Assembly (NCBI GenBank): GCA_042577295.1
Contig: JBHPEE010000003.1
Coordinates: 1-52,111, forward strand
Length of the DNA: 52,111 nucleotides
Source: Fidelibacterota bacterium
Lineage (GTDB): Bacteria; Fidelibacterota; Marinisomatia; Marinisomatales; JAHJCW01
Direction of reading: 5' to 3'
Below, piece after piece: positions 8,405 through 18,606 of this stretch (position 1 is the stretch's first letter; the number at the start of each line of letters is the position of its first letter). A program made the position numbers and the translations under genes. Below the pieces are notes generated by a model. The model was not told the DNA's origin. It was given only the letters and a program-made list of their open reading frames with translations, and made no database searches.

Positions 8405-10712
8405 AGAAGAAAAAGACAGAATACTAGCCACTAACAGACTAATTGAAATCCTGCGCGCGAGGAGAGGCTCCGAGGATGCAGCAGAGCCAGGGGATGAAAC
8501 GGTTGATTCTGAGTTAGTAAAAGATGATAAAGAGGGGGAAGCTGAAGTAATTGAGCAAGAACCTGCCTCTGAAATAAGTGAAAATAAAGATGTTGAAGAT
8601 GAAACGGTTGATTCTGAGTTAGTAAAAGATGATAAAGAGGGGGAAGCTGAAGTAATTGAACAAGAGCCTGCCTCTGAAATAAGTGAAAATAAAGATATTG
8701 AAGATGAAACCTCCGCTGATACTGACAAGGATCATTTGAGATCAAGCATATTGTCCAGGCTGAAATCGAGGAAAACAACACAGCAAGATCTTGACACAAC
8801 TAAATCTTCGAGCGATGATGGCACTTCTAAGCCTGAACAATCCCGCTTATCCCGTTTAACTGAAGAGTTCAAAGAAGATTTAATGCTCAAAACTGGACCA
8901 CTGAAAGATTTTGAGGAATCTGAGAGTAGTGACGGTGTAGTGCCTCCTGATTTTAACGAATCCTTAATTACATTTTATGAAGGAGCAACTAAAGAGTCAA
9001 AATGGAAAAAATTTGTTCGCCATTTAAAAAGATTTTTTGCTAATAGTCAAAGAAAAATATCAATATGTATCGATCAAAATTCGATACATCTTTTACAAAC
9101 TTACTCAGCTATGAACAAAACTGAAGTTGAAAAGGTAAAATCATATAGTTTGCCTTATGCATATGAAGATCAGTTAATAACAGGAATAAACGAGTTATTA
9201 TCACATGTTTTGGAATATGAAATTGATCCAAAAGATAAAAAACAATCTTTTGGGGTTTATTTTTCTATGAATACTCCTTCTAAAACAACAATTATTACAA
9301 GTCCAAAACTAAAAAAGCAAGAATTAAGTGAATTAATTGAATGGCACGCCGTAAAGAATTTGTCGTTTAGTCCAGAAAATAAAAATGTAAATTGGGAAAT
9401 TACTAATTCTGGAACAGGGGGTGAAAAACTCGATGTGATTATTGGCGTTACTGACAGTGTTTCAGTTAATAATATTGATAGTATTTTTAAAAAAAATGGT
9501 ATAGACCTTAGACTTACTTCAACATTACCTATTTTATTATGGAAATCATTTGTTAAAAACTATCCCGATAAAGACACTGGATCTTATATTGTAATCCATA
9601 TCGGCGAATCAAAAACATTGGTTATTGTAGTTACGGATCAAATCATACAGTTTTCAAGGGAAATAGCCATTGGAGCTCAAGATTTTTATAAGGCAATAAC
9701 AAAAAACATCGAAAAGGATGAATCAGGACAGAAGATTGATAATACTTTAGCACAGGATTTATTACTCAAATATGGCTTTCCTATAAATCTGTCGGGACTG
9801 GCCGCAAATTTTAATGTAGATCTTAATAAAGTCACAGTTGCCCTTAGGCCCGTTGTTGAAAGAATAGTTAGCGAACTTAACCGAACCCTTAATTTTTTTA
9901 AGAATCAGAATTCTTCTCTGGAATGGAAACAGTTTTTATTTGACGGAATTGCTTCTTCATTTCCGGGGTTGTTAGAGGCCATACAGGACAATATTTTCCA
10001 TCCAGTAGGATTGCTTAATCCCGTACGAGCAGGTGAATACGATTTCAAAGACGAAATCGGTCTGTCACTTCAACAATATCCTAAATATGTATTGAATTTT
10101 GCACTAATCTCAGATGAGGTAGAAAAATTCAATGTTTCGTCAAAACACATTCGTGAAAATTATAAATATTCATTTTATAGTAATATTATAGCAGCAGCAT
10201 TGGCAATATTCGTCCCATTATTTTTATTTACTGGTTTATATAGTAATTTTAAAATAAAACGAGGCAATAGAATCATTCAGGCCAAAAAAACGGAGCTGCA
10301 ACGTTTAGCAGTTGATACAAAAGATTATGAAAACTTTGTTGGTGATATTAAAGTAATTAATTCTACGGATAAATTCCTTAAGAATGACAAATTATATTCT
10401 GATAATCAAATTAGAATGCTAAAACTATTTTCGTCAGTTGTACCGGAAGAATTAAAATTAACGTCTATAAATTTTATAAATGCTGTTGGCTTACCTGATT
10501 CAATAGTTACTGCTGTCGATTTTAAAGAACATATAGAGATAACAGGCTTTATTGATAACTATAAATCGTTTGGGGATATTTATCTCGCCGATTTTATGTT
10601 ACAACTTGGAAAAATGCGTCAATTCTCTGACGTTAGAACTATCGATAAATATAACAGTATTTATTTAGGTAAAGATCAATTATTTTTTACATTGCGCCTT
10701 AATTTGAGATGA
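8397..10712 (+). CDS. PilM-like protein fused to a TM helix and PilN-like domain, with an acidic repeat N-terminus
   Basis: VIHIGESKT, SREIAIG and VSELNRTLNFF (PilM-like); TM IIAAALAIFVPLFLF; SSVVPEELKLTSI...IEITG (PilN-like). Lies directly before pilO. Confidence 0.7.
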   Translation: MSKEEKDRILATNRLIEILRARRGSEDAAEPGDETVDSELVKDDKEGEAEVIEQEPASEISENKDVEDETVDSELVKDDKEGEAEVIEQEPASEISENKDIEDETSADTDKDHLRSSILSRLKSRKTTQQDLDTTKSSSDDGTSKPEQSRLSRLTEEFKEDLMLKTGPLKDFEESESSDGVVPPDFNESLITFYEGATKESKWKKFVRHLKRFFANSQRKISICIDQNSIHLLQTYSAMNKTEVEKVKSYSLPYAYEDQLITGINELLSHVLEYEIDPKDKKQSFGVYFSMNTPSKTTIITSPKLKKQELSELIEWHAVKNLSFSPENKNVNWEITNSGTGGEKLDVIIGVTDSVSVNNIDSIFKKNGIDLRLTSTLPILLWKSFVKNYPDKDTGSYIVIHIGESKTLVIVVTDQIIQFSREIAIGAQDFYKAITKNIEKDESGQKIDNTLAQDLLLKYGFPINLSGLAANFNVDLNKVTVALRPVVERIVSELNRTLNFFKNQNSSLEWKQFLFDGIASSFPGLLEAIQDNIFHPVGLLNPVRAGEYDFKDEIGLSLQQYPKYVLNFALISDEVEKFNVSSKHIRENYKYSFYSNIIAAALAIFVPLFLFTGLYSNFKIKRGNRIIQAKKTELQRLAVDTKDYENFVGDIKVINSTDKFLKNDKLYSDNQIRMLKLFSSVVPEELKLTSINFINAVGLPDSIVTAVDFKEHIEITGFIDNYKSFGDIYLADFMLQLGKMRQFSDVRTIDKYNSIYLGKDQLFFTLRLNLR
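8493..8710 (+). repeat. In-frame 105-bp tandem duplication (35 aa, about 2 copies)
   Basis: Units start at 8493 and 8598, with a partial third at 8703. Unit encodes DETVDSELVKDDKEGEAEVIEQEPASEISENKDVE. Confidence 0.95.
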
Positions 10713-11302
10713 TGAAACAAAAAAAGACATTATTTTTTATATTAGTAAGCATATTATCGATCATTTTCTTGTATTGGTTATTTTCTGTGGTAATAATAGA
10801 TGCGAAAGAAAATAATAAAATTAAAAAAAGTATGATAGACGCTGAAAATAATTATAAGAGATTAAGCAATGAACGTAAAAATTATACAGAAATAAAAGAC
10901 AACTGGGAAAAACAGAGTCAATTTTTTGATTCATTAAAGGTACATATGCCGTTAAGAAAAAATTCAAAAGGTCCTAACTCGTATATTGAAACATTGGACA
11001 TTATTTTTAAGATTGCTGAAGATAATAATATATCAATTGATAAAATTAATCCTATTTTAATAAACAATTTTCCTGAAATTGTAGTTGCAAAAAGAAAACT
11101 CGATCAGAACATTATAAGATATGTAGTAGAAATTGAATGTAATGGAGATTTTTTTTCAATAGGTAGATTTTTTGAAGAGTTACAAAATCATAGAAGAATG
11201 ATTAATCTGCTAAAATTTAATATTGAAACGGAGTACCGAAGTACGGGTGGATTATTTTGTGAAGTAATACTTAATACTTATATAATTGTGGAAGATAACT
11301 GA
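10709..11302 (+). CDS. pilO: PilO/MshJ-like alignment subcomplex protein
   Basis: N-terminal TM and coiled coil; VEIECNGDFFSIGRFFEELQNHRRMI motif; synteny. Confidence 0.7.
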   Translation: MMKQKKTLFFILVSILSIIFLYWLFSVVIIDAKENNKIKKSMIDAENNYKRLSNERKNYTEIKDNWEKQSQFFDSLKVHMPLRKNSKGPNSYIETLDIIFKIAEDNNISIDKINPILINNFPEIVVAKRKLDQNIIRYVVEIECNGDFFSIGRFFEELQNHRRMINLLKFNIETEYRSTGGLFCEVILNTYIIVEDN

Positions 11303-11835
11303 TGGCTCAGAAAAAGAATACACGACTATATTTCCTATTAAGTGTCCTAGGGGTATTAACAATAATTTTAATTTTGCAGAGAACAGGTTCTACTAAAAAG
11401 ACCAAAGCAAAACCCCCGGTAGTCCAAAAAGAAAATAATGTAATTTCTGAAACACACACGACCGTTTCAAATGATAGAGCAATGGTAGTAAATAAAATCA
11501 AAAATACTAATACTGTTGTAGAAGAATTCCAGTTTGACGGCGATTGGAAGTTTGACCCATTTTTTTATTTAAATGAAGATTCCTTGGATGCACTTCGAGA
11601 TCGAGAACTTGGTCAATACAGAAAGTTGAGACTCAGCGGAATTTCCCTGCTGCGAGATCAGGGGTATTCCTTAATTAATTCAGTTATTATGACTGAAACA
11701 GATACAATTATGACTGCCAGTATATTGAAAGAAGGCGATGAGTTTGATGGTTTTCGTGTTTTAAGAATTGCGTTTGATCACGTCATTTTGCGCAAAGGAA
11801 ACCGTAATATAAGGTTAGAATTAGATGAATACTAA
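11302..11835 (+). CDS. PilP/MshK-like protein
   Basis: N-terminal TM, DPF, LRLSGI and EGDEFDGFRVLRI..DHVIL; lies between pilO and the secretin. Confidence 0.6.
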   Translation: MAQKKNTRLYFLLSVLGVLTIILILQRTGSTKKTKAKPPVVQKENNVISETHTTVSNDRAMVVNKIKNTNTVVEEFQFDGDWKFDPFFYLNEDSLDALRDRELGQYRKLRLSGISLLRDQGYSLINSVIMTETDTIMTASILKEGDEFDGFRVLRIAFDHVILRKGNRNIRLELDEY

Positions 11836-13624
11836 AAGATATAAATTTGCATTTTTTCTAATAGTGGCATTATGTTCATTGATATTTGCACAACAAATTG
11901 ATCGGATTCTTCCGTACAATAATTATGATACAACGGGAGTGTATATAATTTTTGACGGAGAGATTAAGTATGAAAAACAAATACTGCAATCGCCCCCTTC
12001 AATTTCCCTAATATTTCCCAATACAAAGCTCACTGAAGGGAATCATCACAAATCAGTTGAGCTGCCACCATTATATAAGATTGAAGCAAAGGAAACAATT
12101 AGTAATAAATATTTTAAACATACAAAAGTTGACCTATATTTTGACGAAATCCCTGAATTCAGAATTGATCATATAGGTAAAAATATTCTCCGGATTATAT
12201 GGTCAACCCAATATATAAGCGATGAATATGAAATCCAGAAACCAGACACAATCGACTCAAATTTAGAAATATGGTCTAGTTTTGATAATATAGTTTCGAT
12301 GAATTTAAAAAATGCCGAGCTAATTGATGTTCTACGTCTTATAGCTATGCAAAACGGAATGAATTTAATTACTGATGATGAAATCATTGGTATTGTTACG
12401 TTGACATTACGAGATGTGGGGGTAGGGCCTGCTCTTGATGCTATGTTGAAGGTTAATGGCTATGATTGGTTCATCCAAGATAATTTGATTGTAGTTAAAC
12501 CAGCAGCTGATGATTTTGAAGTTGGATTATTTACAAAGCATTATAAATTAGAACATGCCGATGCATTTTCCGTTGGAACAGCTTTAGAGCATGTTTTAAC
12601 TGAAAGTGGAGATTTTCAGGTGTTCTCTCCAGTAGCAAGTAGTAGCTATTTTGGCGGTGGTGGTATGGGTGGTGGTATGGGCGGTGGTATGGGCGGTGGT
12701 ATGACTGGTGGTATGGGCGGTGGTATGACTGGTGGTATGACTGGTGGTATGGGCGGTGGTGGCATGACTGGTGGCATGACTGGTGGCATGGCCGGTGGTA
12801 TGGCCGGTGGTATGGGCGGTAACTTGAGTATGATGACATCTGACCATATTCTGGTCACAGATATTTATTCAAATTTTGGCCTTATCGACCAAATTATAGA
12901 AGACTTAGATGTACGTGTACCGCAAATTAATATAGCCGTTAAATTTATTGAAACAAAATTGAATGTAAATGAACGACTAGGTATAGACTGGACGCTTCGT
13001 TCAGAAATGATTGGACCTGTACCAGACTCAGATCCATTAGCGATTGATTTTGAAAATTTCAAATTATATGATTCAAATAATTTAAGTTTATATTCTTTTT
13101 CACTACCAGTATTTGAGAGTTTATTGGAAATGTTGTCTTCCGATAGTGAAACGAAGCTGATTCAGGAACCACAAATAACGACAAAAGATAATACTACTGC
13201 TACGTTTAAAGTTGGTACAAAATACCCCGTAACTGTTACGCAAACTACAGAAATTTCTCAGACAGTCAGTTCTGAAGAGAAGGAAATCAGTATAACATTA
13301 AATGTTCAACCAAGAATAAATGATGATAAATTTATTTCCATGGATTTAACAGCTATGGTTCAAGCGCTGGTAGGGTTTACAGGGCCAAATAATGATCAAC
13401 CAATTATCTCTGATCGGACCTCTACAACGCATGTACGTGTTGAAGACCAAAAAACACTGATGATAGGGGGATTAATTTTTGATCAAGCAATTGAAGAGAA
13501 TAAAAAGATACCATTTATTTCAAGTATTCCTTTCTTAGGCAAACTGTTTATGCATACTACATATACAACTGAGCAACGTGAGTTATTAATATTTATTACT
13601 CCTTCAATAATTAGGCATCAATAA
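11825..13624 (+). CDS. pilQ: Outer-membrane secretin (PilQ/GspD/MshL family) with AMIN-like N-terminus and GGM insert
   Basis: SMNLKNAELIDVL, LDVRVPQINI, EPQITTKDN, IGGLI, KIPFISSIPFLGKLF and ELLIFITPSII. Confidence 0.85.
   Translation: MNTKRYKFAFFLIVALCSLIFAQQIDRILPYNNYDTTGVYIIFDGEIKYEKQILQSPPSISLIFPNTKLTEGNHHKSVELPPLYKIEAKETISNKYFKHTKVDLYFDEIPEFRIDHIGKNILRIIWSTQYISDEYEIQKPDTIDSNLEIWSSFDNIVSMNLKNAELIDVLRLIAMQNGMNLITDDEIIGIVTLTLRDVGVGPALDAMLKVNGYDWFIQDNLIVVKPAADDFEVGLFTKHYKLEHADAFSVGTALEHVLTESGDFQVFSPVASSSYFGGGGMGGGMGGGMGGGMTGGMGGGMTGGMTGGMGGGGMTGGMTGGMAGGMAGGMGGNLSMMTSDHILVTDIYSNFGLIDQIIEDLDVRVPQINIAVKFIETKLNVNERLGIDWTLRSEMIGPVPDSDPLAIDFENFKLYDSNNLSLYSFSLPVFESLLEMLSSDSETKLIQEPQITTKDNTTATFKVGTKYPVTVTQTTEISQTVSSEEKEISITLNVQPRINDDKFISMDLTAMVQALVGFTGPNNDQPIISDRTSTTHVRVEDQKTLMIGGLIFDQAIEENKKIPFISSIPFLGKLFMHTTYTTEQRELLIFITPSIIRHQ
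12652..12820 (+). repeat. GC-rich 12-bp-unit tandem repeat encoding (G/T/A)GGM, about 13 units
   Basis: ggcggtggtatg / actggtggtatg / gccggtggtatg units, in frame within the secretin. Confidence 0.95.
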
Positions 13625-13641
13625 AATAGTGGAGACGTTCT

Positions 13642-14697
13642 GTGGAGATTTATGAATTACTTTCATATATGGCAGAGATCAACGCCTCTGATCTTCATTT
13701 AAGACCAAATTCGCCACCCATTTATCGAATTGATGGCGCATTAGTCAAGACGAAGGATAAACCACTTTTGCCTGAGGATGTTCATATATTAATATTTGAT
13801 ATTATGAGAGATGAATACCGTAAGCGTTACGAAGAGGAATTAGAGATCGATTTTTCTGCTGAGTTTCGAGGAATTGGTCGATTTCGTGTTAATGTTTTTC
13901 GTAGTTATTATGGTGATGCAGTTGTATTTCGTGCGATAAATGAATCTGTTTGGACGTTTGAGGAATTAGGATTACCTCAAGTATTAAAAAAACTTGCATT
14001 ACAAGATCAGGGATTGGTCCTAATAACCGGTCCGACAGGATGTGGTAAAACCACAACATTAAATACCGTTGTAGAGTATATCAATAATCATAGAAAAAAA
14101 CACATTATTACAATTGAAGATCCAGTTGAATTTATCCATGAAAGTAAAATGTCCTTAATAACTCATCGCGAAGTTGGTTTGAATACACACTCCTTTGCAA
14201 AGGCATTACGCAGTTCTGTGCGTGAAGACCCTGATGTAATAGTAGTCGGGGAGATGCGTGATATTGAAACGACATCATTAGCTATGACGGCTGTAGAGAC
14301 GGGACACCTTGTATTTGGCACATTACACACGATGGATGCGACGCATACTATTGACCGAATTATAGATCAATATCCCCCGATACAACAAAATCAGATACGT
14401 TTAATGGTTAGCGAATCTTTACTTGGGGTTATTACGCAACGTTTACTGAAAAGGCAAACTGGGGGACGGATTGGTGCTTATGAAATTCTGATCAGCATTC
14501 CCGCAGTATCGAATTTAATTCGTGAAGGAAAAACTTTTCAATTAGCTTCAGTCATTCAGACTAATACTAAATTAGGGATGATCTCTATGGAGAACTCAAT
14601 CAAACGTTTATACAATGAAGCACTTATTTCGAAAGAAGAATATATGCAGGCTGAAAAAGAAAGTGATAGACTTATAAATGAATTAATTAAAAAATAA
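13642..14697 (+). CDS. pilT: Type IV pilus retraction ATPase PilT
   Basis: GPTGCGKTTT, TIEDPVE, REDPDVIVVGEMRD, ETGHLVFGTLHT and AVSNLIRE (AIRNLIRE-like). Confidence 0.9.
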   Translation: MEIYELLSYMAEINASDLHLRPNSPPIYRIDGALVKTKDKPLLPEDVHILIFDIMRDEYRKRYEEELEIDFSAEFRGIGRFRVNVFRSYYGDAVVFRAINESVWTFEELGLPQVLKKLALQDQGLVLITGPTGCGKTTTLNTVVEYINNHRKKHIITIEDPVEFIHESKMSLITHREVGLNTHSFAKALRSSVREDPDVIVVGEMRDIETTSLAMTAVETGHLVFGTLHTMDATHTIDRIIDQYPPIQQNQIRLMVSESLLGVITQRLLKRQTGGRIGAYEILISIPAVSNLIREGKTFQLASVIQTNTKLGMISMENSIKRLYNEALISKEEYMQAEKESDRLINELIKK

Positions 14698-14702
14698 ATC
14701 AT

Positions 14703-15815
14703 ATGCTTACTTTTGAAACCTTATTAAAATTAGTAATTGAATCAGATGCTTCCGATTTATTCATTAGTGTAGGGACTTATCCTATGCTTAAAATAGAAGG
14801 TGAAATGATTCGCCTTGATGAGGTTGAAATTACTCCTGATATAATGCAAGAAATTTATGATAATCTTTTAAACGAAGAACAAAAACAAATATTTAATAGT
14901 GAGAAAGAATTAGATTTTTCATATAGTTACACGGGAGTTGGTCGATTTCGAGTTAATTGTTTTACACAGCGCGGTACATCAACATTTGTAATTCATCATA
15001 TACCTGATAAAATATTATCAATAAATGAATTAAATTTACCAACGGTGATGCATGATGTTGCGCTTGAAGATCGAGGTTTAGTATTATTTGTTGGCTCAGC
15101 GGGTTCCGGAAAATCAACCTCCATGGCCGCATTAATAGACTATCGTAATCAACAAAAAGCAGGACATATATTAACCCTGGAAGATCCGATTGAATTTATA
15201 CATTCACATAGAAAATCAATCGTGAACCAACGTGAGATTGGGCCAGATTCAAAATCATATAAACGCGCCCTTAAAAGTGCACTAAGGGAAGCTCCTTCAG
15301 TATTATTAATGGGTGAAATACGAGATCTGGATCACGCCACTACTGCAATCACCCTAGCAGAAACTGGTCACCTTGTGTTAAGTACTTTGCATGCAACAAA
15401 TACCAGTATAGCTTTAGAGCGATTATTTAATATTCACGGTTCAGAATATCAAGAGGGGCTACAACGTCAATTAAGTGAAAACTTGACCGCCATTTTTGCA
15501 CAGCGATTGGTTCCTATGAAAAATGGCAAATTAATTCCGGCGGTTGAGGTATTATTACCATCTGCTCGTATAAAAGATTTGATAGGCAAGGGGGAGGTTC
15601 ACTTAATACAAAATTCAATTGCATTCTCAAGAGCAGAGGGGATGCAAACATTTGATCAGTGTTTAATGGATTATTATAATGATGGGAAAATCTCTGCTGG
15701 AACAGCATTGCAATATGCTGACCATAAAACTGATATTTCAATGCAAATCAGTGAAGCTGAATGGGCTGAAAAAGATATTAATATTGAACTGGAATTAGAC
15801 GAGTTAGAAAATTAA
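14703..15815 (+). CDS. pilU: PilU-like second retraction ATPase
   Basis: ASDLFISVG, GSAGSGKSTSMAALIDYRN, IVNQREIG and GMQTFDQ; tandem with pilT. Confidence 0.85.
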   Translation: MLTFETLLKLVIESDASDLFISVGTYPMLKIEGEMIRLDEVEITPDIMQEIYDNLLNEEQKQIFNSEKELDFSYSYTGVGRFRVNCFTQRGTSTFVIHHIPDKILSINELNLPTVMHDVALEDRGLVLFVGSAGSGKSTSMAALIDYRNQQKAGHILTLEDPIEFIHSHRKSIVNQREIGPDSKSYKRALKSALREAPSVLLMGEIRDLDHATTAITLAETGHLVLSTLHATNTSIALERLFNIHGSEYQEGLQRQLSENLTAIFAQRLVPMKNGKLIPAVEVLLPSARIKDLIGKGEVHLIQNSIAFSRAEGMQTFDQCLMDYYNDGKISAGTALQYADHKTDISMQISEAEWAEKDINIELELDELEN

Positions 15816-15818
15816 ACA

Positions 15819-16187
15819 ATGATAAAGAAAATTCTTATTATTGCGGACAGCAAGCATTCATATATTGATTCAATACAACAAGTATTAGAGGAACAGGAGT
15901 TTGAAATATTGGTTGCATACAGTGGAGTGTCTGGTTTTAATATGGCGAGAGATATAAAACCTGATTTGGCATTGATAGATTCTGCGCTCTCAGGCTTTAA
16001 TGGCTATCAAATTTGCAGTTTATTAAAACTAGATATAAAATACGAGGATATACGCATAATCATTATGACAGATAAAAATGATAGAAAAAGTCGAATTTTA
16101 GTCGGTAGTTCCGAAGCAGATGGATATTTAGAAAAACCAATTGATTTTCAAATGCTTATTGATAGAATTAGACAGCTTGAAGATTAA
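15819..16187 (+). CDS. Single-domain response regulator (PilG/PilH/CheY-like)
   Basis: KILIIAD, PDLALID, GYQIC and YLEKP receiver motifs. Confidence 0.8.
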   Translation: MIKKILIIADSKHSYIDSIQQVLEEQEFEILVAYSGVSGFNMARDIKPDLALIDSALSGFNGYQICSLLKLDIKYEDIRIIIMTDKNDRKSRILVGSSEADGYLEKPIDFQMLIDRIRQLED

Positions 16188-16189
16188 TA

Positions 16190-16948
16190 ATGATTATTTT
16201 AGTAATTATTTTAGGGCTGGTTATTGGCAGTTTTTTAAATGTGTGCATTTATCGAATTCAACGTAATCAGTCAATTATTAAACCGGGGTCAAAATGTCCA
16301 GCGTGCGACCATAAATTAAAATATTGGGAAAATATTCCTATACTGAGTTATCTGTTTTTACGAGGAAAATGTTCGGATTGTAATACGCGTATTTCATTAA
16401 GATATCCATTAGTGGAGTTAATTACTTCAATTGTATTTTTACTACTTTATTATACTTTTGGTTATACAATTGAGACTTTTTTATTTTGTATTCTTTTTTG
16501 CATTGTTATTATTATAACTTTTATTGATATTGACATACAACTAATACCAGACAAATTATTAATACTATGTTTGATACCAACTACAATTTATATCATACTA
16601 ACAGATTTGAATGATATTTGGATATATTTAATTGGAGCAATCGGTTTAAGTGGTGGGTTCCTTTTGGTTGGGTATCTTGGTAAATTAATTTATAAAGAAG
16701 ATAGCATGGGAATGGGTGATGTTAAGTATGCTTTTATTCTTGGACTATTATTAGGCTGGAAAAACGGTTTATTAGCTATCGGTATTGCTTTTATATCTGC
16801 CGCTATTATTATTTTATTTCTCTTCATATTTAAAAAATTAACACCTAGGCAAAGAATCCCCTTTGGTCCCTTTATGAGTATAGGATTGTTAGCGGCTCTT
16901 ATTTGGGGTAATAAAATTATTAATTGGTATTTTCATTTTTATAATTGA
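16190..16948 (+). CDS. pilD: Prepilin peptidase/N-methyltransferase
   Basis: GSFLNVCIYR, two CxxC motifs, RYPLVE, IDIDIQLIPD, MGMGDVK and IPFGPF. Confidence 0.93.
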   Translation: MIILVIILGLVIGSFLNVCIYRIQRNQSIIKPGSKCPACDHKLKYWENIPILSYLFLRGKCSDCNTRISLRYPLVELITSIVFLLLYYTFGYTIETFLFCILFCIVIIITFIDIDIQLIPDKLLILCLIPTTIYIILTDLNDIWIYLIGAIGLSGGFLLVGYLGKLIYKEDSMGMGDVKYAFILGLLLGWKNGLLAIGIAFISAAIIILFLFIFKKLTPRQRIPFGPFMSIGLLAALIWGNKIINWYFHFYN

Positions 16949-18597
16949 TCATGAAGATTGAAATGATTATCGAAAGGGATAAAATAGGACAAATGCTCCT
17001 GAATGAAGGTGTAATTGATAAAGATCAATTAAAGGAGGCTTTGTTATATAAAACAAACAATAATGTATATTTGGGTAAAGCTCTAGAATCGTTGAAAATG
17101 GCAACTAGTGATCAAATTATACAAGCAGTGAGCGAGCAACTCGAAATTCCATGTGTGAATCCACTAAACTATAAAATCAGCAAAGATACATTAAAATTAA
17201 TAAAAGAAGAATCATGCCGAGAACTAAATGTCATTCCGTTATTTCATTTTGATGATCAGTTGACAATTGCTTGTTCCGATCAAAACAATATTTATGTAGT
17301 AGATGAACTAGCCGAAGAAACAGTTATGGAAATTAATATTGTATTGGCAACTGACCAGAATATTAGAAAATCTATTGATTTACATTATAATATTGATGGA
17401 TTAAAAGATGGAAACGACACAACCTCTCATGCGATCAATATTGATATTGAAATTATTGAAGCAGTAAACATGTTATTGGAAGCTGCAATAAATATGAGCG
17501 CCAGTGATATTCATATTGAACCAAGAGAGAAGGATGTTCGAGTAAGATTTCGAGTTGATGGTATGTTAAGTGAATACTATACCCTGCCAAGGAAATCATT
17601 ATTATCAATAATATCGAGAATAAAAATTTTATCTGGAATGAATATCGCCGAAACGCGCCAATCTCAAGACGGACGTTTTCGTTATAAATTTGAAGATAAA
17701 GCTGCTGATATACGTTGTGCCTCCTTTCCTACCCCGACCGGCGAAAAAATGGTCATGCGCATACTAGATATATCAAAGGGTATAATTACTTTGGAAAATC
17801 TAGGGTTTTCCAAAACGATGCTCAAAAATTGGGATAAAGTTGTCAATGAGCAACATGGACTGATATTAGTAACTGGCCCCACCGGCTCTGGTAAATCGAC
17901 CACTTTATATGCGACGTTGAATATAATAAACTCAGTAGCTGTAAATATTTTAACAGTTGAAGATCCTATCGAATATCAGCTAGAGAATATCAATCAAAGT
18001 CAAATCAATGAGAAAGCCAATGTTACCTTCTCATCATCATTGCGTGCCATGTTACGCTTAGATCCAGACATTATTATGGTTGGTGAAATGCGGGACCGTG
18101 AAACTATTGAATTGGCGATTCGAGCCTCATTAACAGGGCATTTAGTATTAAGTACCCTTCATACGAATGATTCTGCATCAGCTTATACTAGAATTTTAAA
18201 TATGGGTGTAGATGCATTTCTAATTACCTCAACTGTCCGTGCAATATTAGCACAACGACTAATACGAAGACTATGTCCAAAATGTAAAAAATCAGTGAAA
18301 CCTACAGTCGCAGAACAAAAAAAATTAAAATTACCGGAAGATTTTAAGGGTAATTTGTTCAAACCTGTTGGGTGTCTTGAATGTCGAAATATTGGATATG
18401 CCGGTCGGGCGGGAGTATACGAATTATTAATTCCAAATGAAGAAATTTCTGCATTAGTCAATGAACGCTCGACATCGAAGGACATAGAAGAAATCGCACG
18501 GAAAAATGGGATGATTACCCTTAATGAATCAGCACGACAATATGTTATAGATGGCACTACTTCTATTGAAGAAATGATAAGAATCTCTTTAGTTTAA
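16945..18597 (+). CDS. pilB: Pilus assembly ATPase PilB/GspE/MshE
   Basis: N-terminal KIGQMLL/YLGKAL (MshEN-like), ASDIHIEP, GPTGSGKSTT, LRLDPDIIMVGEMRD and a tetracysteine motif. Confidence 0.9.
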   Translation: MIMKIEMIIERDKIGQMLLNEGVIDKDQLKEALLYKTNNNVYLGKALESLKMATSDQIIQAVSEQLEIPCVNPLNYKISKDTLKLIKEESCRELNVIPLFHFDDQLTIACSDQNNIYVVDELAEETVMEINIVLATDQNIRKSIDLHYNIDGLKDGNDTTSHAINIDIEIIEAVNMLLEAAINMSASDIHIEPREKDVRVRFRVDGMLSEYYTLPRKSLLSIISRIKILSGMNIAETRQSQDGRFRYKFEDKAADIRCASFPTPTGEKMVMRILDISKGIITLENLGFSKTMLKNWDKVVNEQHGLILVTGPTGSGKSTTLYATLNIINSVAVNILTVEDPIEYQLENINQSQINEKANVTFSSSLRAMLRLDPDIIMVGEMRDRETIELAIRASLTGHLVLSTLHTNDSASAYTRILNMGVDAFLITSTVRAILAQRLIRRLCPKCKKSVKPTVAEQKKLKLPEDFKGNLFKPVGCLECRNIGYAGRAGVYELLIPNEEISALVNERSTSKDIEEIARKNGMITLNESARQYVIDGTTSIEEMIRISLV

Positions 18598-18606
18598 GAA
18601 ATTTAT

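Noticed and set aside
8390-8799. Minus-strand repeat-containing ORFs
   Set aside because: Antisense shadows of the 105-bp duplication in the PilM-like gene.
12531-12858. Minus-strand His/Thr/Pro-rich ORFs
   Set aside because: Shadows of the stop-free GGM repeat in the secretin.
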